DNA of 20,000 nt from Elsinoe ampelina (taxonomy: Eukaryota): positions 177,042 through 197,041 of the forward strand of contig ML992502.1 of the NCBI GenBank assembly GCA_010093995.1, read 5' to 3'. The notes under the pieces were generated by a model. It searched no databases and had not been told where the DNA came from. It worked only from the letters and a program-made list of their open reading frames with translations. Within the stretch, counting starts at the first letter, position 1. Each line of letters begins with the position of its first letter. The position numbers were made by a program, and so were the translations under genes. This document shows, piece after piece, positions 1-8,548 of the stretch.

Positions 1-184
1 CAAATGCAGGGATGCTTGCCAGAATGCTTCGAGCAGAGCAAAAGATGGCTGGCACCTGGTCATCAACCGGCGCCCTCGGTCAACCTCGGCTTCTCGTGAT
101 GCTTGGCATTGCGGAGGACCTGCTTCGTAGCTTAGGATAACGTGCACCGTACGTCGAAGCTCGGGCCCTGACAACCGTTTATCC

Positions 185-194
185 GTTTGTTTAC
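185..194 (-). promoter_or_regulatory. Possible forkhead-type site (GTAAACAAAC) upstream of NDC80
   Basis: GTTTGTTTAC on the + strand ~140 bp before the ATG matches the RTAAACA forkhead consensus. The motif is short and could be chance. Confidence 0.3.
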
Positions 195-331
195 TCGAGG
201 TTTGGCGCGCATACCGACTTTCATAAATCTTGAATAGTACAACTCGTCGGCGCATTCGACATTCGGCGTCGCATCATCGATATCGCACTTGAGCAAGGAT
301 AATCCGAGATAGCTTACCGTTCCTACTCATC

Positions 332-2647
332 ATGGCGCAAGACGCGCATCTCTTCTCGGTGCGTCGCCCGCGCGAGACACTCGGATCCATCAGCAACAAT
401 GTCTCCGCTATACCTATGCCACCCTCTGCCATGAAGCGCTCGAACTCGATAGGCCATATTCAGCAAGTGCCAGGAACAGCGCAACACAAGCGGTCAACAT
501 CAGGATCTAGAATGTCCCTTGCGCCAGGTCGACCAAACCAGCCAGTCTTTGGAAGGTCTTCATCGGGAAACAATCTGGCAGACTTTGGTCTTTCGACTGT
601 GCAGCGAGCGTCCTCTCAAAATTTGCTCGCAAGTACCGGTCGAAAGAGTCTGATGCCGGGAAGCTTCTCACTTGCGACGTCTACACCAGGACCATCACAG
701 CAGTCGTCACAAGACACGCAGCGGAGATCGTCAGTGTACAATTCGCGTCCTTCGGTCGGTCATGGCCCGACAGCACATCAGTCGTTCTTTGCGACTGCAC
801 CACCTCAGACTGGTATGCCCGTTGATCCGCGACGACTCAAGGACCCATCAACGCGCGCTCAAATGGGCCAGGAGATCATGGAGTTCCTCACACAGCGCAA
901 TTTTGAGTTGGATATGAAGCATACCCTCACGCACAAGACAATGACATCTCCAACACAGAAGGACTTCAACCTTGTCTTTCAGTTTCTTTACCATTGTATC
1001 GATCCAGCCTACCGGTTTCAGAAAAACATTGATGCTGAAGTCCCTCCACTACTCAAGCAAATGCGCTATCCGTTTGAAAAGAACATCTCAAAGTCGCAGC
1101 TTGCTGCTGTGGGTGGGAACAATTGGTCGACGTTTCTGGGACTGCTGCACTGGATGATGCAACTTGCAAAGATGATGGAGGCATACGCGGTTGGACAATT
1201 CGACGACGCTTGCGCAGAAGCAGGATTCGATGTTGCGGCAGATCGAATCACGTTCCAGTTCCTCAGCGATGCATATCGGACGTGGCTTTCCGTGGAGGAC
1301 GACGAAGAGGATGAGGAGGAAGCGCAGAAGCTCATACAGCCCCATGTCGAAGCCATGGCCGCAGCTTTCGAGGCCGCCAATAGTGCCAATCTGGAACAGC
1401 TCAAGCTACTGGAAGAGGAGGGACGAGAGCTACAGAAGCAGATCGATGATCTGGGCAAAAGTGCGCCACGATTAGCGAAGCTTGACGAGCAGATCAAAGT
1501 GTTGGAGGAAGATCGTGGCAAGTTTGAGAACTACAATATGAGCATGGAAGGAAAGGTGGAGAAGTATGAGCATCGTGCGAAGGTGCTGGACGAGGAAATT
1601 GCGAAGATCGAAGCAGAGCTCCAAGAAGCAGACGAGGAGCGAAGAGCACTCCAGGATGCTGTGGACAGGCAAGGGCTCTCTGTACAGGACATTGACCGCA
1701 TGAACACCGAAAGGAAGAGGCTACAGACGGGCGTCGAGACTGCTGCAGCCAGATTGGACGAGTGTAGGGAAGCTGTCGGGCAGCGAGAAGCAGAGACTGG
1801 CCAGAAGCTGGAAGAGCTCGAAGACGCCGTGTCAAAGTACAACTCACTGGGCTACCAGATCGGTATCATCCCGTCAGACGCGCCCAACGCAAAGGGCAAC
1901 CAATACGAGCTTCTTCTGACAGTAAACCGCGGGCCAGAGTTCGGTAGCTCTCAGATGGGCGGATCGCAGAGTCAAGAATCCGACAGACTGCTTGCTGATG
2001 CTGGCAACGGATACCAACCACATCACCTCCTGAACCTCGACCTCCGAGGATCTGTTAAGAGCAACATCCTCTCTCTTCGCAAGGAGGTCAGTGAGCGACG
2101 AACCAACGCTTTCGAGCAAGACATGAACAACCACGAGCTACTCGACAAGATCAAAGAAGCCATCGACGACAAGCAGGCTGAAGTCGAGACACTCGGTCAC
2201 CGCGTCCGCGCAGCCGAGCAAGAGTTCGAAAGCACCAAGGAGACCACAAATGCGCAAAAGATGAAGTCTGATGCTCAAATCGAGAAGATGGAGAAGGAGC
2301 TGCAACGCATGCGATCCGGTCTCACGGAAAGTGTCCAGCTCATGGAACAGCGCGAGATGAATACCAACCTCGAGTAAGCCCTCCCCTTCTCCCTCTGCCT
2401 CCTCCCAGCATCCTCCTAACAACCTCACAGATACGAACAACTCACGCTCAAATCCGCCACCCTGCGAGAAGAACTCCACACCGAGCTCGAGAAGATGCTC
2501 AACGACATTATCAAGTTCAAAGTCCACGTGCAGACTAGTCTCGAGGGCTACGAGGAATTTGTCGCGCAGGAGGTGGAGGCTGAGTGCGAGGAGCAAGAAG
2601 CTGCTGAGGCTGCCGAGATGGCAGGGGAAGAAGGGGGGGAGGCGTGA
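332..2647 (+). CDS. NDC80: Kinetochore protein Ndc80/Hec1; join(332..2373,2431..2647), ~752 aa
   Basis: S/R-rich N-terminal tail, then a CH-domain region ([65 protein letters not shown]), then a long coiled coil. Splicing continues the frame into [38 protein letters not shown] and ends at TGA 2645-2647. Confidence 0.95.
2374..2430 (+). other. 57-bp spliceosomal intron of NDC80
   Basis: GTAAGC donor at 2374, pyrimidine-rich body, CTAAC branch site at 2416-2420, CAG acceptor at 2428-2430. Removal bypasses the TAA at 2375 and restores the frame. Confidence 0.92.
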
Positions 2648-3432
2648 GGTGGTTCGTGGAGATGGATATGATTGATGATGAGCGATGGAATTTTTGTGAT
2701 TGGATCAAGGAGGAGCGATGATACCACTATCTTTTTTGTGTAATGACATATTGCTTGAGATGCATGTGGTGTTTTGGATCTACTGCTAGTGCACGGTGAT
2801 GGATAAGCAGTGTTGCGTGTGACCTCTTGTGCGTACATGTACGAAGATGCCATCCTGAGAGTAGCTGTGTGCTACATGCTAGCGAGCAAAGGCTTCCAAT
2901 CCGTCACTGGCTTCTCTTTGCGAGAGTCCGACGAACACAGGAGCGACTGCTTTGAAAGCATTGCTGAAGCGCTGCTTGTCCAGCCCTGGCTGAACCACGA
3001 TGGAGATGCGCTGGAGCCGCCGGGTGTGAGGTCGACTGTGATCATCTGGAGTGAAGAGGGGTTGTGGGGGTATAAAAGTGTGGCTGGATTTGGGCGTGTT
3101 CGTGGGAAGGGTTTGGTGTGTACAATACATACACAGGACACTGCAATGCTATGAGGGCATATTTCGCTAAGCCAATGCTTGGAAAAGTCCCAATCGCCCG
3201 ATCTATGCCTCAGGCAGTGGGGTGATATGCATGTATTGCAGACTTCACCTGCGCGACGACAGAGGGGTCCCGTCCAGCGATGCTGATGGAAGATGCACAG
3301 GACGGCAAAGGACGAAGTTGAGTTACTACCACATGCACTGCACGCTGGCACCCTACACATCCACCGACTCCAATCTCGAACGCACGCGGCGATCAACCAC
3401 TCAAGTCTGTATGGAAAACGCTCCACCACCCA

Positions 3433-5121
3433 TCACACCTTCCCCCCCTGCCTCTGACTCAACGGCCCCTGCGGAAAATCCAACACATCCGGCACCTCGA
3501 CCCTCCCCCCCTTCGCCTCCCTCATGGCCCTCACCTTCTCCCTCGGGGTAAACACCAAATCACACCTATCATGCCTAGAGCGATACCCATTCGCCTCAAA
3601 CGGAGCCATCTTGTCCGGCGTCGTCTCCGGCGCCAACGTGATGCGGAACTGCCTGAACGTCGCCACGAGAATCAACCGCATCTGGTACGTCGCCATGTTG
3701 CCCCCCGGACACCTGCGCGCGCCCACCCCGAACGGCACCAGCAGGCGTCGTTTCTCGGCCACGTTTTCGTCGTCCAGCCAGCGGCGTGGGTTGTAGCTGT
3801 CGAAATCCGGGAAGAGGTCCGGGCGCTGGCGGCTCATGGAGAGGGATTGGGTCGTGACGACGGTGCCGGCGGGGAGGTAGTGGCCTAGGATCTCGAGGCC
3901 GCCGGCGGGGACGAGGCGGCTGCCGGTGAGGGCGACGGGGGGCCGGAAGCGGAGGCCTTCTTTGATGCAGGCGTCGAGGAACTTGAGGGAGTCGAGGTCG
4001 GTGTAGCCGTCGTGGGAGGAGATTTCGTCGTAGAGGTCTTGTTGGAGGGATTGGTTCTTGGCGAGCTCGTAGTAGATGAAGGCGAGGGCCGAGGAGGTGG
4101 TTTCGGTGGCCGCGAGAACTGGATGTAAGGGTCAGTAAGATTATCTTCGTGATACCGCCGACGTGAACATACCCTGGCCGGCCATCTCGGCGCCAATCTC
4201 CGAGTCGGACCACTCCTGCGTGGGATATTTGGCATCGGTATCGGTGAAGAGCTTGTAAATGCTTGGATCTTCTTCAAAGGTGGAATTCCCTTGAGCCTTT
4301 GCCGCTTGTTTGCACAGATCATCGCCCAGTTGGAATAATTTGTCGCTAGAACGCACGCGGAAGCTAGCGTGGGAGAACGGACTCCATTGGAGCCAGGTGA
4401 AGAGCCATTCTGGCAGGCAAAGCCGCCAAACTACCAGAAAGTTGTATTCGCCAACGACGTGCGGGAACGTGGTGGCGTCCAGGTCGACTACTGAACCTCC
4501 CATGATGACTTGTGAGTTCTTCAGAGTACAGATACGAAGGTGCCAGACGATATCCTCGGACTTTTCTCCTTCGGATCGGCCGAGGTTGTGGACCATCTCC
4601 TCGATGTGCTTGACAAAGACGTCGTGTCGGAGCTTGAGATTCTTGGTGGTAGTGGCGATCATGACTGGATGGCGGCGTTGTCGGGCGATTGGGTGCTGTG
4701 GGTACGTCACTGTCCAGTCGTGGCCACCAACGCGGAGAGCGCGAATGGACGTTGGGGACGTATCAAGATCCTTCCTGATGAAGACCTTTTCTACAGCCTC
4801 TGGATCGTTGAGGATGACGAGGTTGGGAGCGATCCTGACGATTGGCCCGTATTTTGCCATGAGGGCATCTGCCTCGAAGGACAGTCTCCCGTGCCATCTC
4901 TGCCATCTGATCCAGAGGGAGGTCGCCGAGCTATGCCAGGGGCCAGGAATGGATCGAAGAGGGCCGAGATTGGCACGATAGATCATAGTACCAGCTCGGA
5001 ATAGTACCGAGGAGGCCAGGACAGCCCAAAGCAGTTCCCAGCGGAAGCCATCTCGGACATCGAGTTGTGTCTGCGGCGAGGGAACGCCGAAGAGGATCGA
5101 GCTTGAGTTGTCAAAATTCAT
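3433..5121 (-). CDS. Cytochrome P450 monooxygenase; complement(join(3433..4118,4173..5121)), ~544 aa
   Basis: N-terminal TM anchor followed by GPLRSIPGP; KYGPIVRIAPN; I-helix VLAATETT (formed across the splice junction); K-helix EGLR; YNPRRW meander; heme motif PFGVGARRCPG. The start at ATG 5121 is inferred; an upstream in-frame start at 5187 is also possible. Confidence 0.93.
4119..4172 (-). other. 54-bp intron of the P450 gene
   Basis: On the minus strand: GTATGT donor at 4172, CTGAC branch site, CAG acceptor ending at 4119. Splicing joins AEMAGQ to VLAATETT in frame. Confidence 0.92.
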
Positions 5122-6309
5122 GGTCGAGCAATGTCTTCCAAACGTCAACAACGCAGTGCATGCACAAGTGACGGGACAGAACACCATTTATGTCTGACGA
5201 GGGAAATCATGTCGTCGGGATCTGCGGTATTCAACCATCGGCGGTGTTGTCTAGGGCTGCATATGCCATCGCCTCCGGTAGTAAGAAATGTATCTTCAGC
5301 ACGTATCCCTCGTCGTATGTCGATGAGGAACGCATCACACCTACCAGACATTTTGATACGACGCATCCATTGCCTTGATAGCGAGACAGTAGCGTCGCCG
5401 ACATGTGGTTGTATGCCAAAGAGTGACTCCTCGCATGCCATCAAAGTCTTCGTGGGTAGGTGGAATGGGGTGCTAGGTCAGATTTGTCGAATTGATTGCA
5501 CTGGATTGGACGAGCGTGAAGTGCCCTAAACGGGACTTTCCTCTCATCGAAGACAGAGTCATGCCAAGGTGCTTGAAGGGACATCCACGTTGCGTGTGGC
5601 GTATGTGGTAGGATCAGGGCGTTATGATTCGCTCGTCCAGTCCGCAAGGTTACCTCCGGCCTCCTGTTCCATTGCAACATTTACTCTTGGATGAAGGGTC
5701 GTAGATAGACTGCTGCAAAAGGGCTGATAGTGCGTGCACAATACACGCAGGAGGGAATAGTCTGAAGTGATCTGTGACACGGGCCTGCTACAGTACAAGC
5801 GCAGCATCGACTCACTATCGTGCCGATGTGGTGTCACGATCGCGACTCGTATGACTGACCGCCGGTTGTGCCGGTGAGTTCCACTCACTGATACGGAGGT
5901 GTGCGAGGTCGTTTCGGCGTCTTCCTGAGTTGGGTGGATGGGAAAAATTGCGCCAGGAATGGAAAGCCCCCGAACTTGACACGCGAATTGTCACTACGTA
6001 AGCAGATTGGACATTCCAATTGGTCAGACTGCGGCTCTCTCGACGACTGCCCGATCGAGCTAGCGGCGGTCAGGGCCGCACTTCGCCTCGCTCGGGCACA
6101 GCCATTCCCTTGATTGGTCAGAATTGCTCCAAAACTTGAAGTTGACAAGCTGTGACGTTGTTGAGCTCGGCAACGTCTTTTCGGCTTCAAGTTCCGTTTG
6201 GCGTGTGACAGACGTTTTGCATGTGACAGACGCGCTTGACAACAGGTCGCGTCTCCTATCCATCACCACACAATGTAGTTGATCCTTGTACATCTCTTCG
6301 CCAGTCACA

Positions 6310-7814
6310 ATGGCACGAAGAGACGCAGACCAAGACAATGCGCAGTCGCAGAGACCGCTTGTGCGACTCTACCACACCATACTGGCACGTAAATGCACTC
6401 AACACGCTCAAAGCATGGCTAATCGGTGATACAGGACAAGCTCCTTCTACCCGTCCGGCTTCTCACCTCCAAATTCGCTCTTCGCGCATACCTGACCTCG
6501 ATCCTCTTCTTCATCACAGGCCTGCTGCTCTTTGCTTTCGCGGTGATCGCGTACGTCCTATTCTACTGGTCGTACGTCCCACGCATCGGCTTCTCAAGAG
6601 ATGTTCACCTTCAATATGATCCAATGCCTGTCGAGTGCCGCGCATATCTGGGAAGCGCGAATCCTTACTCGACCCCGTATCTGCCGCCATTGACAGGCGC
6701 TACACCTCCGCCACAGAGAAAGAGCGAGCTCACGGCGTCATTATCTACAAGATGCGCCGGGACACCTTCACCCTGGGGAACAGCGCCGGTTTCTCCAGAA
6801 GTCATCTCTCAGCAAGCTTATGATGTTGTCGTCGAGCTCACCATGCCACTCACTCCGCTCAACACTGAGGCTGGCAACTTCATGATTGACGCCCGCTTCC
6901 TCTCATCCCCAGCGCCCACCGAGTCTCTGCCCAAATACATCAACGACTACGACCCATTCTCTCCTCCGCCATCCACAGCCACCGACCTGGACGTTGAGCG
7001 TCCACTTGCTCACGCTCGCCGACCTGCGCTCATCCCCTATCACCCGCCTCTCATCTCCCTCTTCTCTTCATTCACTGCACTTCCACGATACGTCCTCGGC
7101 CTGCCGACCTCAACAACCACCCTCCGCGTGCCACTATTCACCCAAGTCTCCTTCCCACGCGGCCGCCGCGCCGTCCCTTCTTCCATTCACATCCAACTCC
7201 AAAACCCTTCCGGCGTCCAGCTCCAGGTCTACACCCTAAAAGTACATTTCCGCGCCCGCTTCTCCGGCCTGCGGTACCTGATGTACAACTTCCGCACCGC
7301 CTCCGGAATAGCTTTCATATTGTCATTCTTCTTCATGGAAGTTGTGACAGCTCTCGGCATCTACGGATTCCTGTCATTCGTTGTCTTCGGAGGAGATCGC
7401 CCCGAAGGTCAGAAGACAATCAAGGATGACCCTTCAGCCGACGACAGCGAGACGGCCATCAAAGACGAAGAGACCGAAACTGAGGGGATGAGTACCACTG
7501 AGCGGACATTCCCCTCATATGGAGGCGGGATGGCAATGAGATACTCCCAGCCTGCCGTCAAGCGGGAAGGGGAAGCAAGCAAGTCGGCAGTGATCGAGGG
7601 GCTGGGCGGGCTGACCAACATGACGCCCGGTCCAGGTGGAGAGGCCGACGATGAAGACGATGAGGATGCGGATTTTGTACTGGATGATACGGAGAGGTGG
7701 AGGGACAGTGGGCTCGGGACGAGTATGGAGAGTGGGAGGGAGAGGACCGCAGGGGTCAGGAGGCGGAAGAGTGGTCCCGGGAGTAGACCTGGGAGTAGAG
7801 GTGGTGGAAGATGA
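6310..7814 (+). CDS. SEI1: Seipin (BSCL2/Fld1 family lipid-droplet biogenesis protein); join(6310..6384,6435..7814), ~484 aa
   Basis: Two TM helices flank a lumenal domain with VHLQY, QQAYDVVVELTMPLTPLNTEAGNFMI, LQVYTLKVHFRARFSGLRYLMYNFR, followed by an acidic disordered tail with DSGLGTSMES. The supplied ORF starts at a GTG; the nearest ATG (6310) joins in frame via a short intron. Confidence 0.88.
6385..6434 (+). other. Putative 50-bp GC-AG intron of seipin
   Basis: GCACGT donor, GCTAAT branch site, CAG acceptor at 6432-6434. This is the only nearby donor giving an in-frame join (YHTIL|DKLLLP). Confidence 0.65.
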
Positions 7815-8548
7815 GGACAAATGGTGTGGTGTTGAGATTATGACCTGCATGAGGAACGATTGCTACTTTGCTGCGTTGTTGGGGACGGGTCACCAAAGCT
7901 GCTTGATAGAGCGTTACTCTCAACACTGCTGTTTACGATGCTCCTCCCGGTTCCATTCATCTTCTCGACCACGATATTTCGTGGTGTCAGGACATGTCCT
8001 TGTTCAGCCCAACAGACTGAAAGCAAGTGTCGGGCTGTACACCTCGCTCTGCAAACCTCGCCATCAGCGATGATCAATGGCAATCGTACTGCTGTTATTT
8101 ACCTTGTATCAATGACAGCTCGTGGACCTGCACCGCCCTCACCCGCGGCCAGGATAGCACCAACGACCACGAGATCGCACGTAATCAACAGGAGCACCCT
8201 GGTGAGCCCGATGTCGTCAAGGACCAAGATCAGCGGCCCATCCTTGCTACTCCTCACGAGCGACGGCCTCTGGCGCAAATGTACAATTCAAGAAGCCGTG
8301 CATCTAGTTGCAGGACACCAAGCGTCGAGGTCGTCGACGAGACTGCATGTCGGCCACCATCCAGCCAGCACCCGGTCAGGTGGGTCGACTTGGAGGCTCT
8401 CAATCACATTCGATCATAGACACAGCGACAGCGACAGCGACGGCTAGAGCCCCACGCAATGCAATTCCCATGACGCGACATCACTCGCACTCTGCTGGCC
8501 CAGATTCGACGACACAGGCATTACGGTACTCCAACGCAACACCTAGCA

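Noticed and set aside
672..2596. Many short overlapping or antisense ORFs within NDC80
   Set aside because: Shadow frames of a GC-rich, biased coding sequence with no independent motifs.
2810..3551. ORFs of 83-185 aa between the convergent NDC80 and P450 3' ends
   Set aside because: No recognisable domains or splice structure; most likely UTR/intergenic DNA.
5131..6338. Short ORFs in the P450-seipin divergent intergenic region
   Set aside because: Random-looking composition, many non-ATG starts and no motifs.
8421..8441. (ACAGCG)3 microsatellite
   Set aside because: Too short to be meaningful.
7860..8447. 195-aa ORF downstream of seipin
   Set aside because: Non-ATG start and no family features; it lies in a convergent 3' region.
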